The position numbers and the translations under genes were made by a program. Shown here piece by piece: positions 1-12,400 of a stretch of 64,000 nt of DNA. The notes beneath the pieces were generated by a model that had not been told where the DNA came from, did no database searches, and worked only from the letters and a program-made list of their open reading frames with translations. Within the stretch, counting starts at the first letter, position 1. The number at the start of each line of letters is the position of its first letter. Source of the stretch: Eledone cirrhosa (lineage: Eukaryota); assembly GCA_964016885.1 (NCBI GenBank), contig OZ024742.1, forward strand, positions 166,470,001 to 166,534,000. The letters are read 5' to 3'.

Positions 1-930
1 CGTCCAAGGGGAGATAATTTCCAGCCGTCCAAGGGTAGATAATATCCAGCCGTCCAAGGAGACATATTTTCCAGCCGTCCAAGGAGAGGTAATTTCTAGC
101 CGTCCAAGTGGAGATAAATTCCAGCCTCCAAGGGGAGATAATTTCCAGCCAGCCAAGGGGAGATAATTTGTAAAAAAATCAGGGGGAGATAATTTGTAAA
201 AAAAATCAGGGGGAGATAATTTGTAAAAAAAAATCAGGGGGAGATAATTTGTAAAAAAAATCAGGGGGAGATAATTTGAAAAAAAAATCAAGGGGAGATA
301 ATTTCCAGCCGTCCAAGGGGAGATAATTTTCAGCCGTCCAAGGGGAGATAATTTCCCGCCAGCCAAGGGAAGATAATATTTAAAAAATGAGGCGGAGATA
401 ATTTGTAAAAAAAAATCAGGGGTAGATAATTTGTAAAAAAAATCAGGGGGAGATAATTTGTAAAAAAAATCAAGGGGAGATAATTTCCAGCCGTCCAAGG
501 AGAGATAATTTTTAAAAAAAATCAGGCGGAGATAATTTGTAAAAAAAAAATCAGGGGGAGATAATTTGTAAAAAAAAATCAGGGGGAGATAATTTGTAAA
601 AAAAATCAAGGGGAGATAATTTCCAGCCGTCCAACGGGAGATAATTTTCAGCCGTCCAAGGGGAGATAATTTCCAGCCGTCCAAGGGGAGATAATTTAAA
701 AAAAAAATCAGGCGGAGATAATTTGTAAAAAAAATCAAGGGGAGATAATTTGCAACCGTCCAAGGGGACATAATTTTCAGTCGTCCAAGGAGAGGTAATT
801 TCTAGCCGTACAAGGGGAGATAATTTCCAGCCGTCCAAGGGGAGATAATTTCCAGCCGTCCAAGGGGAGATAATTTTTTTTTAAAAATCAGGCGGAGATA
901 ATTTGTAAAAAAAAAATCAGGGGGAGATAA
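1..930 (+). repeat. Segment duplicated at ~4277-5206 (offset 4276)
   Basis: The ORF-track peptides at 551..838 and 4827..5114 are identical. The copies share rare variants AAGTGGAGATAAATT, TTTGCAACCG, GGGGACATAATTTTCAGTCG and GCCGTAC. Confidence 0.85.
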
Positions 931-1292
931 TTTGTAAAAAAAAATCAGGGGGAGATAATTTGTAAAAAAAAATCAGGGGGAGATAATTTCTAAAAAAATC
1001 AAGGGGAGATAATATGCAGCCGTCCAAGGGGAGATAATTTTCAGCCGTCCAAGGAGAGGTAATTTCTAGCCGTCCAAGGGGAGATAATTTCCAGCCGTCC
1101 AAGGGGAGATAATTTCCAGCCGTCCAAGGGGAGATAGTTTTTTTAAAAAAATCAGGCGGAGATAATTTGTAAAAAAAAAATCAGGGGGAGATAATTTGTA
1201 AAAAAAAATCAGGGGGAGATAATTTGTAAAAAAAAATCAGGGGGAGATAATTTGTAAAAAAAATCAGGGGGAGATAATTAGTAAAAAAAATC

Positions 1293-1516
1293 AAGGGGAG
1301 ATAATTTCCAGCCGTCCAAGGGGAGGTAATATCTAGCCGTCCAAGGGGAGATAATTTCCAGCCGTCCAAGGGGAGATAATTTCCAGCCGTCCAAGGGTAG
1401 ATAATATCCAGCCGTCCAAGTAGACATATTTTCCAGCCGTCCAAGGAGAGGTAATTTCTAGCCGTCCAAGGGGAGATAAATTCCAGCCTCCAAGGGGAGA
1501 TAATTTCCAGCCAGCC
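1293..1516 (+). repeat. Recurrent A-run cassette 1 (9 monomers, 224 bp), representative copy
   Basis: Fixed order: A, GGGGAGGTAATATCTAG, A, A, GGGTAGATAATATCC, G(T/G)AGACATATTTTCC, GGAGAGGTAATTTCTAG, 24-bp GATAAATTCCAGCCTCC, CCAGCCAGCC. The same order occurs at ~4.2, 5.85, 7.5, 9.9, 11.5, 14.1, 16.5, 20.3, 22.6, 25.2, 28.0, 31.35 and 32.65 kb and onward. Confidence 0.95.
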
Positions 1517-2000
1517 AAGGGGAGATAATTTGTAAAAAAATCAGGGGGAGATAATTTGTAAAAAAAATCAGGGGGAGATAATTTGTAAAAAAAAATCAGG
1601 GGGAGATAATTTGTAAAAAAAAAATCAGGGGGAGATAATTTGTAAAAAAAATCAGGGGGAGATAATTTGTAAAAACAAATCAAGGGGAGATAATTTCCAG
1701 CCGTCCAAGGGGAGATAATTTTCAGCCGCCCAAGGGGAGATAATTTCCCGCCAGCCAAGGGAAGATAATATTTAAAAAATCAGGCGGAGATAATTTGTAA
1801 AAAAAATCAGGGGGAGATAATTTGTAAAAAAATCAGGGGGAGATAATTTGTAAAAAAAAAATCAGGGGGAGATAATTTGTAAAAAAAATCAGGGGGAGAT
1901 GATTTGTAAAAAAAATCAGGGGTAGATAATTTGTAAAAAAAAATCAGGGGGAGATAATTTGTAAAAAAAAATCAGGGGGAGATAATTTGTAAAAAAAATC

Positions 2001-2176
2001 AAGAGGAGATAATTTCCAGCCGTCCAAGGGGAGATAATTTTCAGCCGTCCAAGGGGAGATAATTTCCAGCCGTCCAAGGGGAGATAATTTCCATCCTTCC
2101 AAGGGGAGATAATTTCCAGCCGTCCAAGGGGAGATAATTTCCCGCCAACCAAGGGAAGATAATTTTTAAAAAAATC
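2001..2176 (+). repeat. Recurrent A-run cassette 3 (TTTTCAG / CCATCCTTCC / CCCGCCA(G/A)CC monomers ending in a GGGAAG T-run transition monomer), representative copy
   Basis: The same ordered variants occur at ~6.87, 8.37, 10.86, 12.37, 14.97, 24.0, 26.46, 29.15, 35.5, 37.1, 42.2 and 48.16 kb etc. They are followed by AGGCGG (AGCCGG in the 24.0/50.45-kb copies). Confidence 0.93.
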
Positions 2177-2683
2177 AGGCGGAGATTGTAAAAAAAATCA
2201 GGGGGAGATAATTTGTAAAAAAATCAGGGGGAGATAATTTGTAAAAAAAAAATCAGGGGGAGATAATTTGTAAAAAAAATCAGGGGGAGATAATTTGTAA
2301 AAAAAAATCAAGGGGAGATAATTTGTACAAAAAATCAGGGGTATATAATTTGTAAAAAAAAAATCAGGGGGAGATAATTTGTAAAAAAAAATCAGGGGGA
2401 GATAATTTGTAAAAAAAATCAAGGGGAGATAATTTGCAGCCGTCCAAGGGGAGATAATTTTCAGCCGTCCAAGGAGAGGTAATTTCTAGCCGTCCAAGGT
2501 GAGATAATATCCAGCCGTCCAAGGGGAGATAATTTCCAGCCGTCCAAGGGGAGATAATTTTAAAAAAAAAACAGGCGAAGATAATTTGTAAAAAAAAAAT
2601 CAGGGGGAGATAATTTGTAAAAAAAAATCAGGGGGAGATAATTTGTAAAAAAAATCAGGGGGAGGTAATTTGTAAAAAAAATC

Positions 2684-2812
2684 AAGGGGAGATAATTTCC
2701 AGCCGTCCAAGGGAAGATAATTTCCAGCCCTCCAAGGGGCTATAATTTCCAGCGTCCAAGGGGAGATAATTTCCAGCCAGCGAAGGGGAGATAATTTTTT
2801 TTTTTTTAAATC
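2684..2812 (+). repeat. Recurrent A-run cassette 2 (GGGAAG..CCCTCC / 24-bp GGGGCTATAATTTCCAG(C/T)GTCC / CCAGCCAGCG / T-run monomer), representative copy
   Basis: The same ordered variants occur at ~3.6, 5.67, 8.93, 12.9, 15.5, 17.66, 18.76, 19.77, 20.9, 22.0, 23.26, 23.44, 24.45, 25.9, 26.85 and 29.8 kb etc. Confidence 0.93.
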
Positions 2813-3601
2813 AGGGGGACATAATTTGTAAAAAAAAATCAGGGGGAGATAATTTGTAAAAAAAATCAAGGGGAGATAATTTGTAAAAAAAAATCAGGGG
2901 GAGATAATTTGTAAAAAAAAATCAGGGGGAGATAATTTGTAAAAAAAATTAAGGGGAGATAATTTGTAAAAAAAAATCAAGGGGAGATAATTTCCAGCCG
3001 TCCAAGGAGAGGTAATTTCTAGACGTCCAAGGGGAGATAATTTCCAGCCGTCCAAGGGGAGATAATTTCCAGCCGTCCAAGGGTAGATAATATCCAGCCG
3101 TCCAAGGAGACATATTTTCCAGCTTTCCAAGGAGAGGTAATTTCTAGCCGTCCAAGGGGAGATAAATTCCAGCCTCCAAGGGGAGATAATTTCCAGCCAG
3201 CCAAGGGGAGATAATTTGTAAAAAAAATCAGGGGGAGATAATTTGTAAAAAAAATCAGGGGGAGATAATTTGTAAAAAAAATCAGGGGGAGATAATTTCC
3301 AGCCGTCCAAGGGGAGATAATTTTCAGCCGTCCAAGGGGAGATAATTTCCCGCCAGCCAAGGGAAGATAATATTTAAAAAATGAGGCGGAGATAATTTGT
3401 AAAAAAAATCAGGGGGAGATAATTTGTAAAAAAATCAGGGGGAGATAATTTGTAAAAAAAAAATCAGGGGGAGATAATTTGTAAAAAAAATCAGGGGGAG
3501 ATAATTTGTAAAAAAAATCAGGGGTAGATAATTTTTAAAAAAAAATCAGGGGGAGATAATTTGTAAAAAAAATCAGGGGGAGATAATTTATAAAAAAAAT
3601 C

Positions 3602-4155
3602 AAGGGGAGATAATTTCCAGCCGTCCAAGGGAAGATAATTTCAAGCCCTCCAAGGGGCTATAATTTCCAGTGTCCAAGGGGAGATAATTTCCAGCCAGCG
3701 AAGGGGAGATAATTTTTTTTTAAAAATCAGGGGGAGATTTGTAAAAAAAATCAGGGGGAGATAATTTGTAAAAAAAATCAAAGGGAGATAATTTCCAGCC
3801 GTCCAAAGAGATAATTTCTAGCCGTCCAAGGGGAGATAATTTCGAGCCAAGGGGAGATAATTTCCAGCCGTCCAAGAGAGGATAATTTTTTAAAAAATCA
3901 GGTGGAGATAATTTGTAAAAAAAATCAGGGGGAGATAATTTGTAAAAACAAAATCAAGGGCAGATAATTTCCAGCTGTCCAAGGGGAGATAATTTCCAGC
4001 CGTGCAAGGGGAGATAATTTCCAGCCGTCCAAGGGGAGATAATTTCCATCCTTCCAAGGGGAGATAATTTCCAGCCGTCCAAGGGGAGATAATTTCCCGC
4101 CAGCCAAGGGAAGATAATTTTTTAAAAAATCAGGCGGAGATTGTAAAAAAAATCA
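3602..4155 (+). repeat. ~0.55-kb super-cassette (cassette 2, AAAGGG/AAAGAG block with 21-bp monomer, AGGTGG monomer, ACAAAATCAAGGGCAG..GCTGTCC/GCCGTGC cassette), representative copy
   Basis: The same ordered block occurs at ~3.6, 8.93, 12.92, 15.53, 18.76, 19.77, 22.0, 24.45, 30.74, 38.75, 43.83, 48.72, 50.89 and 57.19 kb (14 copies by eye, with minor monomer gains or losses). Confidence 0.88.
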
Positions 4156-4827
4156 GGGGGAGATAATTTGTAAAAAAATCAGGGGGAGATAATTTGTAAA
4201 AAAATCAAGGGGAGATAATTTCCAGCTGTCCAAGGGGAGGTAATATCTAGCCGTCCAAGGGGAGATAATTTCCAGCCGTCCAAGGGGAGATAATTTCCAG
4301 CCGTCCAAGGGTAGATAATATCCAGCCGTCCAAGGAGACATATTTTCCAGCCGTCCAAGGAGAGGTAATTTCTAGCCGTCCAAGTGGAGATAAATTCCAG
4401 CCTCCAAGGGGAGATAATTTCCAGCCAGCCAAGGGGAGATAATTTGTAAAAAAATCAGGGGGAGATAATTTGTAAAAAAAATCAGGGGGAGATAATTTGT
4501 AAAAAAAAATCAGGGGGAGATAATTTGTAAAAAAAATCAGGGGGAGATAATTTGTAAAAAAAATCAAGGGGAGATAATTTCCAGCCGTCCAAGGGGAGAT
4601 AATTTTCAGCCGTCCAAGGGGAGATAATTTCCCGCCAGCCAAGGGAAGATAATATTTAAAAAATGAGGCGGAGATAATTTGTAAAAAAAAATCAGGGGTA
4701 GATAATTTGTAAAAAAAATCAGGGGGAGATAATTTGTAAAAAAAATCAAGGGGAGATAATTTCCAGCCGTCCAAGGAGAGATAATTTTTAAAAAAAATCA
4801 GGCGGAGATAATTTGTAAAAAAAAAAT

Positions 4828-5613
4828 CAGGGGGAGATAATTTGTAAAAAAAAATCAGGGGGAGATAATTTGTAAAAAAAATCAAGGGGAGATAATTTCC
4901 AGCCGTCCAAGGGGAGATAATTTTCAGCCGTCCAAGGGGAGATAATTTCCAGCCGTCCAAGGGGAGATAATTTAAAAAAAAAATCAGGCGGAGATAATTT
5001 GTAAAAAAAATCAAGGGGAGATAATTTGCAACCGTCCAAGGGGACATAATTTTCAGTCGTCCAAGGAGAGGTAATTTCTAGCCGTACAAGGGGAGATAAT
5101 TTCCAGCCGTCCAAGGGGAGATAATTTCCAGCCGACCAAGGGGAGATAATTTTTTTTTAAAAATCAGGCGGAGATAATTTGTAAAAAAAAAATCAGGGGG
5201 AGATAATTTGTAAAAAAAAATCAGGGGGAGATAATTTGTAAAAAAAAATCAGGGGGAGATAATTTGTAAAAAAAATCAAGGGGAGATAATTTCCAGCCGT
5301 CCAAGGGGAGATAATTTTCAGCCGTCCAAGGGGAGATAATTTCCAGCCGTCCAAGGGGAGATAATTTAAAAAAAAATCAGGCGGAGATAATTTGTAAAAA
5401 AAATCAAGGGGAGATAATTTGCAACCGTCCAAGGGGACATAATTTTCAGTCGTCCAAGGAGAGGTAATTTCTAGCCGTACAAGGGGAGATAATTTCCAGC
5501 CGTCCAAGGGGAGATAATTTCCAGCCGTCCAAGGGGAGATAATTTTTTTTTAAAAATCAGGCGGAGATAATTTGTAAAAAAAAAATCAGGGGGAGATAAT
5601 TTGTAAAAAAAAA
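4828..5613 (+). repeat. Local tandem duplication, ~393-bp unit x2
   Basis: The rare GCAACCG/GGGACATA/CAGTCG/GCCGTAC block occurs at ~5030-5090 and ~5420-5480. ORF starts 5114 and 5507 differ by 393. Confidence 0.85.
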
Positions 5614-6420
5614 TCAGGGGGAGATAATTTGTAAAAAAAAATCAGGGGGAGATAATTTGTAAAAAAAATCAAGGGGAGATAATTTCCAGCCGTCCAAGGG
5701 AAGATAATTTCCAGCCCTCCAAGGGGCTATAATTTCCAGCGTCCAAGGGGAGATAATTTCCAGCCAGCGAAGGGGAGATAATTGTTTTAAAAAAATCATT
5801 GGGAGATTTGTAAAAAAAATCAGGGGGAGATAATTAATAAAAAAAATCAAGGGGAGATAATTTCCAGCCGTCCAAGGGGAGGTAATATCTAGCCGTCCAA
5901 GGGGAGATAATTTCCAGCCGTCCAAGGGGAGATAATTTCCAGCCGTCCAAGGGTAGATAATATCCAGCCGTCCAAGGAGACATATTTTCCAGCCGTCCAA
6001 GGAGAGGTAATTTCTAGCCGTCCAAGGGGAGATAAATTCCAGCCTCCAAGGGGAGATAATTTCCAGCCAGCCAAGGGGAGATAATTTGTAAAAAAATCAG
6101 GGGGAGATAATTTGTAAAAAAAATCAGGGGTAGATAATTTGTAAAAAAAAATCAGGGGGAGATAATTTGTAAAAAAAAATCAGGGGGAGATAATTTGTAA
6201 AAAAAATCAAGGGGAGATAATTTCCAGCCGTCCAAGGAGAGATAATTTAAAAAAAAAATCAGGCGGAGATAATTTGTAAAAAAAAATCAGGGGGAGATAA
6301 TTTGTAAAAAAAAATCAGGGGGAGATAATTTGTAAAAAAAATCAAGGGGAGATAATTTCCAGCCGTCCAAGGGGAGATAATTTCCAGCCGTCCAAGGGGA
6401 GATAATTTTTTAAAAAAAAT

Positions 6421-9400
6421 CAGGCGGAGATAATTTGTAAAAAAAATCAGGGGGAGATAATTTGTAAAAAAAAATCAGGGGGAGATAATTTGTAAAAAAA
6501 AATCAGGGGGAGATAATTTCCAGCCGTCCAAGGTAAGATAATTTCCAGCCCTCCAAGGGGCTATAATTTCCAGCCGTCCAAGGGTAGATAATATCCAGCC
6601 GTCCAAGTAGACATATTTTCCAGCCGTTCAAGGAGAGGTAATTTCTAGCCGTCCAAGGGGAGATAAATTCCAGCCTCCAAGGGGAGATAATTTCCAGCCA
6701 GCCAAGGGGAGATAATTTGTAAAAAAATCAGGGGGAGATAATTTGTAAAAAAAATCAGGGGGAGATAATTTGTAAAAAAAAATCAGGGGGAGATAATTTG
6801 TAAAAAAAAATCAGGGGGAGATAATTTGTAAAAAAAATCAGGGGGAGATAATTTGTAAAAAAAATCAAGGGGAGATAATTTCCAGCCGTCCAAGGGGAGA
6901 TAATTTTCAGCCGTCCAAGGGGAGATAATTTCCAGCCGTCCAAGGGGAGATAATTTCCATCCTTCCAAGGGGAGATAATTTCCAGCCGTCCAAGGGGAGA
7001 TAATTTTCAGCCGTCCAAGGGGAGATAATTTCCCGCCAGCCAAGGGAAGATAATATTTTAAAAAATCAGGCGGAGATAATTTGTAAAAAAAATCAGGGGG
7101 AGATAATTTGTAAAAAAATCAGGGGGAGATAATTTGTAAAAAAAAAATCAGGGGGAGATAATTTGTAAAAAAAATCAGGGGGAGATAATTTGTAAAAAAA
7201 AATCAGGGGTAGATAATTTGTAAAAAAAAATCAGGGGGAGATAATTTGTAAAAAAAAATCAGGGGGAGATAATTTGTAAAAAAAATCAGGGGGAGATAAT
7301 TTGTAAAAAAAAATCAGGGGGAGATAATTTCCGGCCGTCCAAGGGGAGATAATTTTCAGCCGTCCAAGGGGAGATAATTTCCCGCCAGCCAAGGGAAGAT
7401 AATATTTAAAAAAATCAGGCGGAGATAATTTGTAAAAAAAATCAGGGGGAGATAATTTGTAAAAAAATCAGGGGGAGATAATTTGTAAAAAAAATCAAGG
7501 GGAGATAATTTCCAGCCGTCCAAGGGGAGGTAATATCTAGCCGTCCAAGGGGAGATAATTTCCAGCCGTCCAAGTGGAGATAATTTCCAGCCGTCCAAGG
7601 GTAGATAATATCCAGCCGTCCAAGGAGACATATTTTCCAGCCGTCCAAGGAGAGGTAATTTCTAGCCGTCCAAGGGGAGATAAATTCCAGCCTCCAAGGG
7701 GAGATAATTTCCAGCCAGCCAAGGGGAGATAATTTGTAAAAAAAATCAAGGGGAGATAATTTGTAAAAAAAATCAGGGGGAGATAATTTGTAAAAAAATC
7801 AGGGGGAGATAATTTGTAAAAAAAAAATCAGGGGGAGATAATTTGTAAAAAAAATCAGGGGGAGATGATTTGTAAAAAAAAATCAGGGGTAGATAATTTG
7901 TAAAAAAAAATCAGGGGGTGATAATTTGTAAAAAAAAATCAGGGGGAGATAATTTGTAAAAAAAATCAAGGGGAGATAATTTCCAGCCGTCGAAGGGAAG
8001 ATAATTTCCAGCCCTCCAAGGGGCTATAATTTCCAGCGTCCAAGGGGAGATAATTTCCAGCCGTCCAAGGGGAGATAATTTCCAGCCGTCCAAGGGTAGA
8101 TAATATCCAGCCGTCCAAGTAGACATTTTCCAGCCGTCCAAGGAGAGGTAATTTCTAGCCGTCCAAGGGGAGATAAATTCCAGCCTCCAAGGGGAGATAA
8201 TTTCCAGCCAGCCAAGGGGAGATAATTTGTAAAAAAATCAGGGGGAGATAATTTGTAAAAAAAATCAGGGGGAGATAATTTGTAAAAAAAAATCAGGGGG
8301 AGATAATTTGTAAAAACAATCAGGGGGAGATAATTTGTAAAAAAAATCAGGGGGAGATAATTTGTAAAAAAAATCAAGGGGAGATAATTTCCAGCCGTCC
8401 AAGGGGAGATAATTTTCAGCCGTCCAAGGGGAGATAATTTCCAGCCGTCCAAGGGGAGATAATTTCCATCCTTCCAAGGGGAGATAATTTCCAGCCGTCC
8501 AAGGGGAGATAATTTTCAGCCGTCCAAGGGGAGATAATTTCCCGCCAGCCAAGGGAAGATAATATTTTAAAAAATCAGGCGGAGATAATTTGTAAAAAAA
8601 ATCAGGGGGAGATAATTTGTAAAAAAATCAGGGGGAGATAATTTGTAAAAAAAAAATCAGGGGGAGATAATTTGTAAAAAAAATCAGGGGGAGATAATTT
8701 GTAAAAAAAAATCAGGGGTAGATAATTTGTAAAAAAAAATCAGGGGGAGATAATTTGTAAAAAAAAAATCAGGGGGAGATAATTTGTAAAAAAAATCAAG
8801 GGGAGATAATTTCCAGCCGTCCAAGGAGAGATAATTTTTAAAAAAAATCAGGCGGAGATAATTTGTAAAAAAAAATCAAGGGGAGATAATTTGTAAAAAA
8901 AAATCAAGGGGAGATAATTTGTAAAAAAAATCAAGGGGAGATAATTTCCAGCCGTCCAAGGGAAGATAATTTCCAGCACTCCAAGGGGCTATAATTTCCA
9001 GTGTCCAAGGGGAGATAATTTCCAGCCAGCGAAGGGGAGATAATTTTTTTTAAAAAATCAGGGGGAGATATGTAAAAAAAATCAGAGGGAGATAATTTCT
9101 AAAAAAAATCAAAGGGAGATAATTTCCAGCCGTCCAAAGAGAGATAATTTCTAGCCGTCCAAGGGGAGATAATTTCCAGCCAAGGGGAGATAATTTCCAG
9201 CCGTCCAAGGGGAGATAATTATTTAAAAAATCAGGTGGAGATAATTTATAAAAAAAATCAGGGGGAGATAATTTGTAAAAACAAAATCAAGGGCAGATAA
9301 TTTCCAGCTGTCCAAGGGGAGATAATTTCCAGCCGTGCAAGGGGAGATAATTTCCAGCCGTCCAAGGGGAGATAATTTCCATCCTTCCAAGGGGAGATAA

Positions 9401-12400
9401 TGTCCAGCCGTCCAAGGGGAGATAATTTCCCGCCAGCCAAGGGAAGATAATTTTTAAAAAAATCAGGCGGAGATTGTAAAAAAAATCAGGGGGAGATAAT
9501 TTGTAAAAAAAAAATCAGGGGGAGATAATTTGTAAAAAAAATCAGGGGTAGATAATTTGTAAAAAAAAATCAGGGGGAGATAATTTGTAAAAAAAAATCA
9601 GGGGGAGATAATTTCTAAAAAAATCAAGGGGAGATAATATGCAGCCGTCCAAGGGGAGATAATTTTCAGCCGTCCAAGGAGAGGTAATTTCTAGCCGTCC
9701 AAGGGGAGATAATTTCCAGCCGTCCAAGGGGAGATAATTTCCAGCCGTCCAAGGGGAGATAGTTTTTTTAAAAAAATCAGGCGGAGATAATTTGTAAAAA
9801 AAAAATCAGGGGGAGATAATTTGTAAAAAAAAATCAGGGGGAGATAATTTGTAAAAAAAAATCAGGGGGAGATAATTTGTAAAAAAAATCAGGGGGAGAT
9901 AATTAGTAAAAAAAATCAAGGGGAGATAATTTCCAGCCGTCCAAGGGGAGGTAATATCTAGCCGTCCAAGGGGAGATAATTTCCAGCCGTCCAAGGGGAG
10001 ATAATTTCCAGCCGTCCAAGGGTAGATAATATCCAGCCGTCCAAGTAGACATATTTTCCAGCCGTCCAAGGAGAGGTAATTTCTAGCCGTCCAAGGGGAG
10101 ATAAATTCCAGCCTCCAAGGGGAGATAATTTCCAGCCAGCCAAGGGGAGATAATTTGTAAAAAAATCAGGGGGAGATAATTTGTAAAAAAAATCAGGGGG
10201 AGATAATTTGTAAAAAAAAATCAGGGGGAGATAATTTGTAAAAAAAAATCAGGGGGAGATAATTTGTAAAAAAAATCAAGGGGAGATAATTTGTAAAAAA
10301 AAATCAGGGGGAGATAATTTGTAAAAAAAAATCAGGGGGAGATAATTTGTAAAAAAAATCAAGGGGAGATAATTTCCAGCCGTCCAAGGAGAGATAATTT
10401 AAAAAAAAAATCAGGCGGAGATAATTTGTAAAAAAAATCAGGGGGAGATAATTTGTAAAAAAAAATCAGGGGGAGATAATTTGTAAAAAAAAATCAGGGG
10501 GAGATAATTTCCAGCCGTCCAAGGTAAGATAATTTCCAGCCCTCCAAGGGGCTATAATTTCCAGCCGTCCAAGGGTAGATAATATCCAGCCGTCCAAGTA
10601 GACATATTTTCCAGCCGTCCAAGGAGAGGTAATTTCTAGCCGTCCAAGGGGAGATAAATTCCAGCCTCCAAGGGGAGATAATTTCCAGCCAGCCAAGGGG
10701 AGATAATTTGTAAAAAAATCAGGGGGAGATAATTTGTAAAAAAAATCAGGGGGAGATAATTTGTAAAAAAAAATCAGGGGGAGATAATTTGTAAAAAAAA
10801 ATCAGGGGGAGATAATTTGTAAAAAAATATCAGGGGGAGATAATTTGTAAAAAAAATCAAGGGGAGATAATTTCCAGCCGTCCAAGGGGAGATAATTTTC
10901 AGCCGTCCAAGGGGAGATAATTTCCAGCCGTCCAAGGGGAGATAATTTCCATCCTTCCAAGGGGAGATAATTTCCAGCCGTCCAAGGGGAGATAATTTTC
11001 AGCCGTCCAAGGGGAGATAATTTCCCGCCAGCCCAGGGAAGATAATATTTTAAAAAATCAGGCGGAGATAATTTGTAAAAAAAATCAGGGGGAGATAATT
11101 TGTAAAAAAATCAGGGGGAGATAATTTGTAAAAAAAAAATCAGGGGGAGATAATTTGTAAAAAAAATCAGGGGGAGATAATTTGTAAAAAAAAATCAGGG
11201 GTAGATAATTTGTAAAAAAAAATCAGGGGGAGATAATTTGTAAAAAAAAATCAGGGGGAGATAATTTGTAAAAAAAATCAGGGGGAGATAATTTGTAAAA
11301 AAAAATCAGGGGGAGATAATTTCCGGCCGTCCAAGGGGAGATAATTTTCAGCCGTCCAAGGGGAGATAATTTCCCGCCAGCCAAGGGAAGATAATATTTA
11401 AAAAAATCAGGCGGAGATAATTTGTAAAAAAAATCAGGGGGAGATAATTTGTAAAAAAATCAGGGGGAGATAATTTGTAAAAAAAATCAAGGGGAGATAA
11501 TTTCCAGCCGTCCAAGGGGAGGTAATATCTAGCCGTCCAAGGGGAGATAATTTCCAGCCGTCCAAGTGGAGATAATTTCCAGCCGTCCAAGGGTAGATAA
11601 TATCCAGCCGTCCAAGGAGACATATTTTCCAGCCGTCCAAGGAGAGGTAATTTCTAGCCGTCCAAGGGGAGATAAATTCCAGCCTCCAAGGGGAGATAAT
11701 TTCCAGCCAGCCAAGGGGAGATAATTTGTAAAAAAAATCAGGGGGAGATAATTTGTAAAAAAAATCAGGGGGAGATAATTTGTAAAAAAATCAGGGGGAG
11801 ATAATTTGTAAAAAAAAAATCAGGGGGAGATAATTTGTAAAAAAAATCAGGGGGAGATGATTTGTAAAAAAAAATCAGGGGTAGATAATTTGTAAAAAAA
11901 AATCAGGGGGTGATAATTTGTAAAAGAAAATCAGGGGGAGATAATTTGTAAAAAAAATCAAGGGGAGATAATTTCCAGCCGTCGAAGGGAAGATAATTTC
12001 CAGCCCTCCAAGGGGCTATAATTTCCAGCGTCCAAGGGGAGATAATTTCCAGCCGTCCAAGGGGAGATAATTTCCAGCCGTCCAAGGGTAGATAATATCC
12101 AGCCGTCCAAGTAGACATTTTCCAGCCGTCCAAGGAGAGGTAATTTCTAGCCGTCCAAGGGGAGATAAATTCCAGCCTCCAAGGGGAGATAATTTCCAGC
12201 CAGCCAAGGGGAGATAATTTGTAAAAAAATCAGGGGGAGATAATTTGTAAAAAAAATCAGGGGGAGATAATTTGTAAAAAAAAATCAGGGGGAGATAATT
12301 TGTAAAAAAAATCAGGGGGAGATAATTTGTAAAAAAAATCAGGGGGAGATAATTTGTAAAAAAAATCAAGGGGAGATAATTTCCAGCCGTCCAAGGGGAG

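Noticed and set aside
8-22. NF-kB/Rel-like site (GGGGAGATAATTTCC)
   Set aside because: The GGG and TTCC half-sites are spaced ~4-5 bp wider than in the 10-11-bp GGGRNWYYCC consensus.
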